This document shows, piece by piece, positions 25,750 to 38,080 of a DNA stretch of 64,000 bases. Location of the stretch: assembly GCA_026770705.1 (NCBI GenBank), contig JANJGN010000031.1:1054001-1118000 (forward strand), written 5' to 3'. The position numbers were made by a program, and so were the translations under genes. The notes under the pieces were generated by a model. The model was not told the origin of the DNA, searched no databases, and saw nothing but the letters and a program-made list of their open reading frames with translations. How positions within the stretch are numbered: the stretch's first letter is position 1; each line of letters opens with the position of its first letter. This DNA comes from Isurus oxyrinchus (Eukaryota).

Positions 25750-26497
25750 CCTCCTGAGTCATTGTGTCTGCAGTGACTTCTCCCAGAATGCTTCAGTCAC
25801 TTCACACAAGCGCCCGATATTGGATGCTCTTTCTCCTGTTGAGTGCAAGAGTCATTCTCCCCGAATCCCTCCTGAGTCACGGTGTCTGTGGTGACTTCTC
25901 CCTGAATGCTTCAGTCACTTCTCACCAGCACCCTTTCTTAGATGCTGTTCCTCCTGTTGAGGGCAAGAGTCCCTCAACTCGATTCCCTCCTGAGTCGCAT
26001 GTCTGCAGTGACTTCTCCCAGAATGTTCCAGTCACTTCTCACCAGTGCCCGCTATTGGATGCTCTTCTTCCTGTTGAGTGCAAGAGTCCTTCTCCCTGAT
26101 TCCCTCCTGAGTCACGGTGTCTGTGGCGACTTCTCCCCAAATGCTTCAGTCACTTCTCACCATCACCCTTTGTTAGATGCTCTTCCTCCTGTTGAGTGCA
26201 AGAGCCCCTCAACTCGATTCCCTCCTGAGTCGCGGTGTCTGCCGTGACTTTTCCCAGAATGCTTCAGTCATTTATCAGCAGCGCCCTCTGTTGGATGCCC
26301 TTCCTCCTGTTGAGTGCAAGAGTCCTTCTCCTCCAGTCCCTCCTGAGTCGCGGTATTTGTGGTCACTTCTCACCAGCGCCTTCTGTTGGATGCTTTTCCT
26401 TCTGTTGAGTGCAAGAGTCCTTCTCCTCGATTCCCACCTGAATTGCGGTGTCTGTGGTGACTTCTCCTATAATAGTTCAGTCAATTCTCACCAGCGT
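25750..26497. repeat. 118-bp tandem array, ~6 copies
   Basis: CCTCCTGAGTC recurs at 25750, 25868, 25986, 26103, 26221 and 26339. Confidence 0.92.
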
Positions 26498-26811
26498 GAG
26501 GAGATGTCCACAAATCAGCCAATGTATTTTTAATTTTATTCAAAAATTTCTAGTGATTCCATTTGGTAAATTGGATACAACAGAAAAACCAAGGTTTGTA
26601 AAGAAGCACAAATTTCTTTCTATACTGTGCCACTGTAACAGGTATGAAGAATGTCATCTCTTATCTTTACTTTCTAGGTGGAAAGGGAACGCCATATTGG
26701 GAATGGCATTGTAACTGTCATATTCCAAAAAGGAGAGGAATGATCACAGTACTTCAAACCATCGATGAGTCATTCCCATTTCAGACATATCCTCTTCCCT
26801 TGTCTTTACAG

Positions 26812-28260
26812 TATGGTTCCTGACAAAATTCTAGCATTAGCACTCAATGTTTGTGCTCCAGAACTAGCCCTGTCCCGAGCAAGTCGGTTCCCGCACAGGT
26901 ACAACACTGGCATCTACCCAGAAATGTGAAAAGTGCCCTGTGCACAACAAAGTTGTACAAATTCAACGTGGCCAATTACCACCCCGTCAGCCTCTTCTCA
27001 ATCATCAGTAAAGTGATGGAAGGGGTCATCAACAATGATGTCAAGGGCACTTGCTGAGCATTAACATGCCACTCAGCTCCTGACCTCATTACAGCCTCGG
27101 TCCAAACATGGAACAAAGAGTTGAATGCAACAGGTGAGGTGATAAGGACTGTACTTGACTTCAAGGCCGCATTTGACCAACTGTGGTATCAAGGGGCCCT
27201 AGCAAAACTGGAGTCTATGGGAATCAGGGAGAAAGCTTTCCAATGGTTAGAATCATACCTAGCTCAAAGGAAGAAGGTTGTGGTTGTTGGAAGCCAGTTA
27301 TTCCAGCTCCAGGACATCGCTGCAAGAGGCATTCAGGGTAGTGTCCTCGGCCCAAATATCTTCAGCTGCTTCATCAATGACCAGGTCAGGAGTTCACTGA
27401 TGTTTGCACAATGTTCAGCACCACTCACCATTTCTCAGATAGTGAAGCAGCTCTTGTCCATATATGGCAAGACCTGGACAATAATTAGGTTTAGGCTGTG
27501 AAGCGGCAGGTTACATTCACGTTCCAGAAGTGTCAGGCAATGGGCAGACTGTAAACATGGCCCACTGGCATTATTGGTGTTACTCACTGAATCCGTCACT
27601 TTCAACATGCTGAGAGTTGCCATTAAACAGAAACCTAACTGGACTAGCCATAAAAATACTATGACTAAAATATCAGGCCAGAAGCTTGGAATCCTGCAGT
27701 GAACAACTCATCTTCTGACTCTCCAAAGCCCATCCTCCATCTACAAGGCACAAGTCAGGATTATGGTGGAATACTCCCTACATGCCTCGAGGAATGCAGC
27801 GCCGACAGCACTCAGGATCCTCAATATGCTCCAGAACAAAGCAGCCCACTTGGATAGTACCCCATCTACCGCCTTAAACATTCAGTTTCTCCACAGCCAA
27901 TGCACAGTGACAGCACTGTTCATTATCTACAAGATGCACTGCAGCAACTCACCAATGTTTCTTTAGTAGCACCTTCCAAACCCGCGACCTCTACAGCCTA
28001 GAAGGACGAGCTCAGAAAGGCATATGGGAACATCACCAGCTGCAAGGCCCTGCAAGCCACAAACCATCCTGACTTGTGCTATATTGCCGTCACGGTCTCT
28101 GGTTCAAATTCCTCGCACTAACGTCTGAACAGCAATGTGGATGTACATACACCACATGTGCTGCGAGTTCAAGAAGGTGGCTCACCTTCTAAAGGTGCCC
28201 AAATGGGGATAGGCAATAAATGCTGCCATAGCAGCGAGGCCCAGATCCTGTGAATGAAAA
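26812..28260 (+). mobile_element. 3' part (RT) of the family-2 LINE
   Basis: NYHPVSLFSIISKVME, LDFKAAFD and QGSVLGP motifs; GGCAATAAATGCTG 3' end. Confidence 0.85.
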
Positions 28261-28429
28261 AAACAATAGCTAACGATGGAACTAGCAGTTCAGAGTGACT
28301 CGGTGCCGTGTCAAATACAATGACAAGTCGGCCTCAAACAGATGTATGTTTACTGAGGATTCCGGTAACAATGCCTCGTGCACAGCTTTTTCTGAATATA
28401 TGGACACTTGGAACATATTTTTGGCATGC

Positions 28430-28800
28430 AGGTTCCTTTGTTATACCACCGTTGGAGCAGTGTGTACAGCTATAATCTCTCTATACGTTGGTAAGATTGC
28501 ACTTTAATCATTGAGCCCACTTTTGGCTTCCGAATACCTTCTTTTGGCTACATTGTGAGCAATGCAGAACGCACTGATCTCTATACACGATGCCATACCA
28601 TACTTGGCGCACTTTTACAGTGTTCTGTTCTCCATATAGCTTGGTTAGGTGACATTTTGGAAACTGGACACCGTTATGGCATCCATATCCCTTGATTATT
28701 CCACATTTGTAGCACTGTGCACAGTTTTGATCTCCATATACCTTGCTTTGACCATGTCTGGGTAAGTCATAACCACACTTGTCAGTAAAGATCAAAGAGG
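28430..28800. repeat. Highly degenerate ~51-bp tandem array derived from CR1 RT sequence
   Basis: 17-aa periodicity in ORF 28508-28900 (CxKCGxxKxYGDQN); the unit resembles the CR1 LVRPHLEYCVQFWSP segment. Confidence 0.6.
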
Positions 28801-31800
28801 ATATGGTAGGCGCAGGGCATTGTGGAACACACTGGCCTAGAGTTGATTGGACAAATGACCTGATTCTGTGTTGTAAATTCAATGCTATTGCACGTAACAA
28901 ATATCAATATCTGAAACCAAGGAGGCGGCTAAATGCGTGATATCTTTCAACAGATGAAATAAGATGTCATTCTTCGTCAATTAAATTGGAAAAATCACAG
29001 ACCCATGTAGTGGCACACTTGCCAATAAGCGGCATTGTAACCACACTGAAGCCTGTGGCACATGCCTGCAGGGTATAACTCCCATCTCATCAATTGAACC
29101 GGATTCAGAACTTAACGTGATATGTTTACAAAATCAGTAATCGAAAAATCACACATTACCCCCACACTTTGCAATGTTCTTCAATTTGCTGCTTTACTTA
29201 CAGAACTATGCAAGAATGAAAGCAGTTATACTTTCGGGTAGTGATTTTAAGTTAGAACAAGAACTCATAAAAGGCCAGTCCCCTTGAATTATATCTTGCA
29301 TTATAGACTTTCCGTACAGAAACAGCTGAACTGGTTGAAACAGGAGGAGGCCATTCAGCTTCTCTAACTTCTTACAGAGGAAGGCCTCCTTGTCTTTCCC
29401 TCCTTCACCAAAGGAAAGAAATGCCTCCATTTCCACCAGATCAATTCATTTAATCATATGAAACAGGATGATATGATCACCTCATTTACTTCAAATGCTC
29501 AAATGAGTATAAGAAGGTGATAGCAGCATTGGCAGGGAGATACTCGCTGGTCCACCCAGACTGTTCCATACATACATCGTCTATGAAATTATACAAACTG
29601 CCCATCCACCCAGAGCCATGGGGCAGAAACAAAAAATAGACTGAAACCCAAACCAATTTCGGGGATGCCATCTGAGAAGTTCCTCTTCGGCTACTCTTGG
29701 ACTTCCACAATCAGTCCAGAGCTCACTGTGACACTAATACTTCAATGTGGTGTGCATCTTTTGCAAGAGGCAGTCCTCGCCCTAGTCAGAAACCTGTCAT
29801 GCTCCTACTTCAAACATTCATCTTAAAATCGATTGCATGAGATGGCAGACCATTCCAGAGGCCCACTGATATTTAAGGAAACAACAGCATTCTGATATCT
29901 TACCTGGACCGATGCTCACACAACTTTAAATAGTGGTCCCTAGTCCTACCAAACCTGGAGCCACTTGTTCAACTCGAACAGAAACTATTTCTTTCATCAC
30001 CTTGTAGACCTCCATCAGTTCACCCCTAAAGCTACTCTACGTGCTGACAGACTCCCAGATCTTTCAGTCGATATCAGAGTGACAGGGTCATTGCAGTCAA
30101 AAAAGAGCCCATTTGGCCCTTCGAGTCCATGCCCGCTCTCTGGGGAGCTATCCAGTCTGTCCCACTCACCGTTCTATCCTGCAAATATATTCCCTCAAAT
30201 ATCCGCCTAATTTCCTTTTCAAATCATTTATCGTCTTTGCTTCCACCACCCTCGTGGGCAGTGAGTTCCAGGCCTTTAGCATTTGTTGTCCTAATAAAAG
30301 AAAGTTCTTCCTCACATTCCCCTTTTTCCCCAGGCATTGTGATCATTTCCGGGTCCCAGGACCACTTGTTTCAGCAGTGAACCTGAATTAATCCCTATTA
30401 ATAGTATTAACACCAAAACCTTGGTTGCCAGGCCTCTTGCGTGGTCCATTGGTGAAAGGTTTTTTAAGTCTTTGTGGACAATGTTTTATCACCTTCCCTC
30501 ATCCACAATCTTCATTTTGTAGTGGTGAACTGACTAAGGAAAGCTCCTTTGCTGGTTTCTCCCCATCTGTCTGCCTGGCGCTTTCCCCTTCAGTTTATTG
30601 TAATAACCTCCCTTTTTCAATTTCAATGAGCAACATGACTCGGGGAAATAATTTATGAGGTGGTTTTGCGGGGATCAACCACTTGAAAGCAAGTACTGTT
30701 CCCCCGGTTTCTGGGTCCTCTGCCAACACCAAACAATGTTCGTTGGTTCTGCCCTTTGGCCTAGCTTGTAATATTGAGAATGGGAGCCTCCCTGGGCCGA
30801 TGGAAACCCAGAGAAGGGCAGGGATAAACTCGCCCTGAGGCTATAAATGACCTTCCTACCGTAACAGTTGCTACTTTTTTCAAAGAAAAAGAATCAAATG
30901 TCTGAGGCATGAAAGATATTTTATTAGACATGTTTGAAGTCCATAGTGCAGCTCTCCCTATCCAATAAATCATAAATTGCACACATGATTCTTTCAAGCA
31001 TTTTTCCCATTACTGATATCAAAATAATGTGTTTGTATTTATCAGTGTCTGTCTCGCCTTTATTTTCATAATGACTTTCTCCTTCTTCCAGGCTACACTC
31101 CAGTGAGCTTTAAACATTCAGGCAAGGGGTTCGTAAAACACTCGCACAAACCCCTGAAGACTTTGTGTGGGCACCGACAGGCAGGGAAGTCCATCTATGT
31201 TCAGATTCTTAAGTTTATCTAAAAGAATATTTTCATCTTTTTTAATGCAATGTAATTTGTTCTCAACACCATTTTTAGATTCTAACGGTAGAGCTTCATC
31301 TTCAGCAGTGAAGATTAATTCAAAGTGCGCTTTAAGTACTTTCTGTGTAGCCGTGCGTCCTTTCCGAATTTTTTTAACATTCTCAATTGGCCTCGTACAG
31401 TGTTTATGATTTCTCTGGTTCTACCAGGAACTCTTTGGAATGTGCCAGTAAGTTAGAGGTGCCATGCAAATGCAGGGTGTCCTTGTTTCCTTCTCGAACA
31501 CTGATCCAACACTGACGCTCATTCATTATACCATTAGAAAATTTCACGAAAGATCTAAACCCTCCGTCCTCCCACTACGTATTCACTCATAATATGAAGT
31601 ATTATTTGCACACATGAGAGGAAACCTGGATCACATTAGTGGGATTTAATGTAGAAATATATTGACTAAAGGCAAAAGAGAGTGGGGGAGATCGGCAGAT
31701 GGAATATGGGGAAAGGAAAGCAAAAAGGAGAACGAGAGAGAGAGAGAGAGAGAAAGAGGGAGACAGAGAAACAAGTAGAATAGTGAAAGCAAGAAGCATT

Positions 31801-32004
31801 CACCCATGGAAATAGAGAGACAGATACAGAAGTGGAGAAAGTGAGATTGGGAGACAGGATTACACAAATCAAGAAATACAGGAGGAAAGACAGAAACCGA
31901 GGCAGAGACAAAGAGAGAGAGAGAGGAATAACATTTGCGTGAACAAATGTGCCCAAACTTTTCCCCGGATTGACCGAATTCTTATTTGAAGATTATGTTC
32001 CACT

Positions 32005-34320
32005 CTCATAGAAACAGAGATTCATAGAAGCTTTCCAACGAAGAAGGAGGACATTCGCCCTTCGAATCTGCACTGGCTCTCTGAAAGCACACTCCACCCA
32101 ATCCCATTCCCCTGCCTAAAGCCCGTAGCCTTGCACATTCTCTCTTTTCATATAACAATCCAATTCCCTTTTGAATACCTCGATCGAACGTGCCTCCACT
32201 AGCCTTTCAGGAAGTATGTTCCAGACTCCAACCACCCTTTGGGTGAAAGAAAAATTCTCACATTACATTTACTCCTTTTGTCAATTATTTTGAATCTGTG
32301 CTCTCTCGTTCTTGAGGTTCTCTTGAGCAGTAGCATTTTCTCAGTTTTACCCTGTCCAAACCCCTCATGATCCTGAATGCTTCTATCAATTCTCCTCTCA
32401 ACCTTCTTTTCTCCAAGTGAAACAGTCCCAACTCTCCAATTTATCCTCATAGCTACAGTTATTTATCCCTGGAATCACTCTTGTGAATCTCCGGTGCCTT
32501 CACGTCCTTTCTCAAGTATGGCACCCAGAACTGAATGCAATACTACAGATGAGGCCAATTAATGTTTTATACAAGTTCAACATAACCTCCTTACTATTGT
32601 ACTCAATTCTCCTGTTAAATAAAGTGTAAGATACTAAATGCTTCATTAACTGCTCTCGCATCAGGCCCTGAAACATTCAATGACCTATGAATGTACACCT
32701 TGAGGTCCCTCTGTTCTTTCCCCTCCTTTCTGGTTTCTCCCTTTATTTTATACTGTCTCACCATATTCTGCCTGCAAAAATAAATCACCTCACACTTCTA
32801 TGCATTGAACTTCATCTGTCACTTGTCTGCCCAATCCACCAACATATTCTTTTGGAGTTCACGACTATCATCATCATTGCTGATAAAATTTCCAATCGTT
32901 GTAGCATCTGCAAATGTTGAAATCATGCCCTGAACACCACATTTAGGTTATTAATATAAAACAGGAAGAGCAAGGGTCCCAATACTGAGTCCTGAGGAGC
33001 TTCATTACAGTTGATCCTCGAATATGAAAAGCAACCAGTTATCACTACTCTCTGTTACCTGTTGCTCAATTAATTTCTTCTCCAAGGGCCCACTTTCCCT
33101 TTTATTCCATGCTTGGAATTTTGCTCCTTGCTCACAATTCTGTTGTATGGCACTGTATAAAACACATTTTGAAAATCCATACGCAGCACATCAACAGTGT
33201 TGGTCTTATCAAAGTTCACTGTGATCTCCTCAAAAGGCTCTAGTAAGTAAATTAAACATTATTTTCCCTTAAAGAATCCATGCTGGCTTTTCTTAATTAT
33301 CCTGCACTTCGAAGTGATTATTGATTTTATCCCGTGCTCTAGATTCCAAAAGTTTTCCAATCACTGAGTCCAACTAGCTGGTCTGTAGTTGCCACCTTTA
33401 TCCTTGCACCCCATTTTCAACAGAGGTGTAACCTTCGCAGTTCTCCACTCCGCTGGCACCTCCCCTGTATCCAAGGAAGTCTGGAAGATTATCACTAGTA
33501 CCTCAGCAATTTCTACTCTCAATTCCCTCAGTACCCTTAGATGCCGTTCATTCTGTAATGGTCCTTACCTATTTGAAGTAAATGTAGCATCCTTGTTCTC
33601 AATCCTAAATTCTTCTAGTGCACGTTCCCTCCCCTCACCTCGGCCTATTTAGCATCTCTTTACTTTGTAAAGACAGATGCAAACAACTTGCCTAATACCT
33701 CTGCTATTCCTCCTGACTCCAAGTGCAAGTCCCCTCCATTATCTCTTATCGCCCCTGCCCTTTTTTTTTAGCAGTTTTTTACACTTTACTTGCTGACAGG
33801 AGACTTCGGGACTTCCTTCTATGTTAGCTACCACTCTTTTTACATGCTATCTCCTTGCTTTTCTTATTAGATTTTTCAATTCCCCTCTAGTCCCTCAGTA
33901 TTCAGTCTGTTCTCCATTGTATTTTCCAGCTGGCATCTATCATATGCACACTTCTTCCTTTTCATCTTCACCTAGATCTCTCTTGTCATCCAGGGTTCTC
34001 TGGATTTATTTGGATACTGGTGAGCGAGATGCACTATATGCCTGTTTCTCCTAGATACTCTGGTTGTAACCTATTCCGTCTCTGCCTGTGTACTTCTTAG
34101 CTGCACTGTGAGCACCTCTCGAAACGTAGTGTCCATGTAATCATCACTTTTGTGGGATACACCATAGTGACTCCAGCTGCCACTCAAGTTCCATAACCGA
34201 GATCAAGTTTCTGCAGCTAATGACACCTATTGCAGTTGTAGCGATAGACAGCACTTTGTGCTTGCGCATCTTCCCACATCCCACAGGATGCGCACTCCAC
34301 ATGACCGAGCTGCACTGATA
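32005..34320 (-). mobile_element. Decayed CR1 LINE
   Basis: RT and 3' UTR similarity to the other CR1 copies in the window; ORF1 N-terminal remnant near 34140-34320. Confidence 0.75.
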
Positions 34321-37300
34321 ACCTTGAAGTTTATATGAAGTGTTTACTACAGCATGGAATAACATAACAACTCATTGGCCACTCACAAACTGCCTCCCTT
34401 GTGCTTAGTCCCGAAAGGCCTATACTTACCAACCATGCAAATTACGGGACTCCTGTGACGTCACTTTGCGATTTTTTTTTTATCTGTAAATTCCCACCTC
34501 ACTCTCTGCTGCTTTTTGGGCTCCTATAACATTCAGTCAGCTTCTTCCCCTGCAGCTCATAGGCACTTTCAGTGTCATAAAACCCATCTCAATGTCTCGC
34601 CTGTCCTTTTCAACATCATATCAGCTTTAACAACAGCACGTTAAACTTATACAGGCGTCTTTAATGTAATTAAACGTCTGAAATAGTTTCAGGGGAATGT
34701 TAATAAACAAAAGTTTAACAGGAAATCATATAAAGAGATATTCGAGCAGCTTAAAAGCAAAATGTCAATGCGGTGGGTTTTAAGAAGCATCATGCAGAGG
34801 AGCAGAAGAGCTGCGCAGATGTTTAGCCAACATTGCCTTACTTTAGGAGGGAGGGAGTCTTTTCTTTCAAGATCAACATGACGGGAAGCTGTTTTAACGC
34901 TAGCAATGTGTGTAAGGATGAGATTGGATCACGAGTATTTCTCTCTACTCATATCCTAAATTGCACCAAGCCCTATTCACCAATCAAACCCCACCCCCAC
35001 CCCCACTCTCACTGCCACTCCCCCGCCACTTTCTGAACTGAATTGGCTCCAGCAATTACCAATTTTAAAATGATCACGCTCACCTGAATAGCCATATATG
35101 ACCTCGCCTCTGCCTTTACCTGAAACCACCTCCTGCTCTACAACTGCCCCAGGCCTTTCCATTTGTCCAGATCTGACTCATTGTGTTTCTCCAATGTTCA
35201 TCACTCCGCTATTAGCTAACTCTATAATTTTTAAGACTGTGAGATCATCTTGATGATACGAATACAACACGTCAGAGCCTTAACTTAGTCAATGATGCGC
35301 GGCTGTTTCGCCCTGGCTTGAGCATTGGCAACAAGGTGCAGGGTTGGTCGCGGGGAGGGTTTGCAGCGGGAGCGGGCGTGCGCGTGACCGGCGGACGGAC
35401 TTTTGGGATGGTGGCACAGCCTGAGGATAAGAGGTCAACCATTTGGGATTGAGATGAGGAGAGATATCCTCACTCAGAGGGTTGCGAACCTTTGGAATTT
35501 TCTAGTCCAGAGGACTAGTTAAATATATTAAGTACATTCTCCATTACATTTGAGTGATTTTCTTTAGTGTTGTAAGAGAATTAAGGGATAAACGTGGTTA
35601 TTTGGGAAAGTGGAATTGAGAGCAGCCAGGAACCTACTGAATAATAGAGCAAATTCGACGGGACGAATGGCTTCCTCCGCTGCTTTTCGCTATGTCCTTA
35701 CATTCTTATACGCTTAAAAATTAGGTCCCTCTCAAAACCTCCGGTTTTTCCCACCCACCTTAGTTCAAGATGCTTTGGGACCTTTAAGGTTTATATCAGA
35801 TGTGTTAACTTTTACGCATACCAATGTGTGTCAATTTTTAATTGAAGTTCGCTCCTAGGAAGCACGTGGGACGTGATGTTATCTAAATGCAGGTCGCTGC
35901 CGTGATTCTGAGTAGCTGCAGGAAGTTGAATTTTGATGCAAACCATTGTTACCTTTGTGTCTTCCTTTCAATGGAGCGGGTACAGAAGCAGCAGGTATTT
36001 CTAAGTCTCTTTACGCAACTCCCAGGACTTCACTGAGTTGATCAATGTGAAGCTATGAGGTAAATCATGACGCTTTGCTCCACTGCGGAATCGATCTCAT
36101 TTACACATTCAATCCCTCCAGCACCAGCACACAATGGCAGCAGTGTGTACTGTCTATAAAATAGGCTGCTGTAATTTGCCAAGTGTCCTTCCCACAGCAC
36201 CTCCCAAACCTGGACCTCGAGCACCCAGAAAGACAAGGGCAGCAGGCTGGTAGAAATATCATCATTTACAAATTCCCCTCGAAGCCACACACCAACCTGA
36301 CTTGGAACTAGGTCGGCTCATCCTGTAAATTCCTCCTTAACAGCATTGTGGTGTACCTACAGCAGCAGCAGCTCACTCGGGCCTTCATCACCAACTTCTG
36401 AGCAAGAAAGGATGGGCAATAAATGCAATAACGGCGCTAAAATCTCAAGCAAAAGATAGATTTAATCTATTCACGGGATGTGGGCTTCGCTGGCTAGGCC
36501 ATCCCTCGATGCTCTTGAGAAGGTGGTAGTGAGCTGCCTTCTTGAACCGCTGCAGTGCGGTGCATGTGGTGCAGGTACATACACGGTGCTGTTAGAAACG
36601 GGATTCCAGGAAAGTGAAGGAACGGCCTTGATCGATCCGTTGGGTTTGTTACAATTGAACGGCTTGCTCGGCCATGTAAGAGCCAATCACATTGTCAGTT
36701 TGGGATTAATGAACAAGATGGGCTTTTACGACAATGGTTTCATGGCCATTTTTATTAAAATCAATTGTCACCATCCCTGTGCCTTTGGATTATTAGTCCA
36801 GCGGCGATACCACTGCGCCATCGCCTCCCCAGACTTTGGATTACAACTCGGCAGAATGTCCAGCTAAATTTCAGTATCCTTCTTTTGACCAGTTCTAACT
36901 GGTTAGCTAGATTGGCTGAGGGCTGAGCTGGTTGGGTGAGCCAGTTTTTGAGTTGAGATGTCTCTTCGTCGAGGCTCACAACATATTTATTATTTATTTA
37001 AGTTGAACACGTCCGAGAATCAGTTCTCTCGCTTGTAACTCGACGTTACACATGTTAAGAAATGCGCTATTCACATTGTGCATGGCGATAGACTGTACCT
37101 TCCACCAGTTGTTCACTTTACAAGACATTACACTTCGTCACCTCATTTCAGGGCATATATAACTGATGCATGGTCTGCTAGGGAAAGCTGGAAGTGGCGG
37201 AATTACACAATAAATTCAGGTTATAAACGAAACCAACATTGTAGAAACTACATAGCAGGCGCTGGGTCTACATGTTTGCAGAAATTGTAGGAAATAAATA

Positions 37301-37419
37301 ACTGATTAAAGGTGCAAAACGGAAAAAAACAGGAACTGCCAGAAATTCAGAACAGATACGGGTCTGAAGTCCGCAAAAATGGTATTGGAAACAGACATGA
37401 CGTACATGATCAGAAGAAA

Positions 37420-38080
37420 CAATAACAACCTACATTTATACAGCGCCACAACGCAATGCCCAAAGGCAATTCACAGAACCATTATAAAACTATAAACCTG
37501 AGCCACATTAATAGATATTAGGTCAGATGCATAATTGGTTGATGAATGAGGTAAATTTTAAGGAGTGTCTTGAGGAGGATGGAAAGTAGAGAGGTGTGGA
37601 TCTTTAAGGAAGCAACTGAAGGCAGGCCGCTCAAAAGTGGAGCACAGGAAAAACCAAAATGCCAGCATTAGATGAAAGGAAATACCTGGGACGTTGGTGA
37701 GACTGGAGGAGTTTACAGAGATAAGGAGGGGCGAGGTCATGGAGGTTTTTCAAAGCAAAGATGAGAATAATAAAATCAAGGTATAGCAGGACCAGGATCC
37801 AATGTTGGTCAGCGAGAAGGGGGCTGATAAGGAAAGGGGAGACGCTGCGAGTAAAGTCATGGGCAGCAGACTCAAGGGGGTATGATATGGGGGATCATTC
37901 TAGAGTGTGTAGGAATTGTTGAGTCTAGATTTAATAAAGGTACAAATGATCCCTTCAGTAGCATATGAGCTGGGACAGGGGCGATGCTGAATAATGTTAT
38001 TAAGGTGGTCACAGTGATGTCACCGATATTCGTTTGGAAGCTTATTTTGGAGTCAAATATGACTCTAAGTTTATTAACAG
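37420..38080 (-). mobile_element. Decayed L2-like LINE 3' fragment
   Basis: ACAACCTACATTTATACAGCGCC terminus on +; LRVIFDSKISF RT-like motif on -. Confidence 0.5.

Noticed and set aside
12047-26497. Tandem arrays as CRISPR-like structures
   Set aside because: Eukaryotic context, no unique spacers and no cas genes.
37972-37983. GGGACAGGGGCG resembles the conserved D-beta core
   Set aside because: No flanking 12- or 23-RSS, and it lies inside a LINE fragment.
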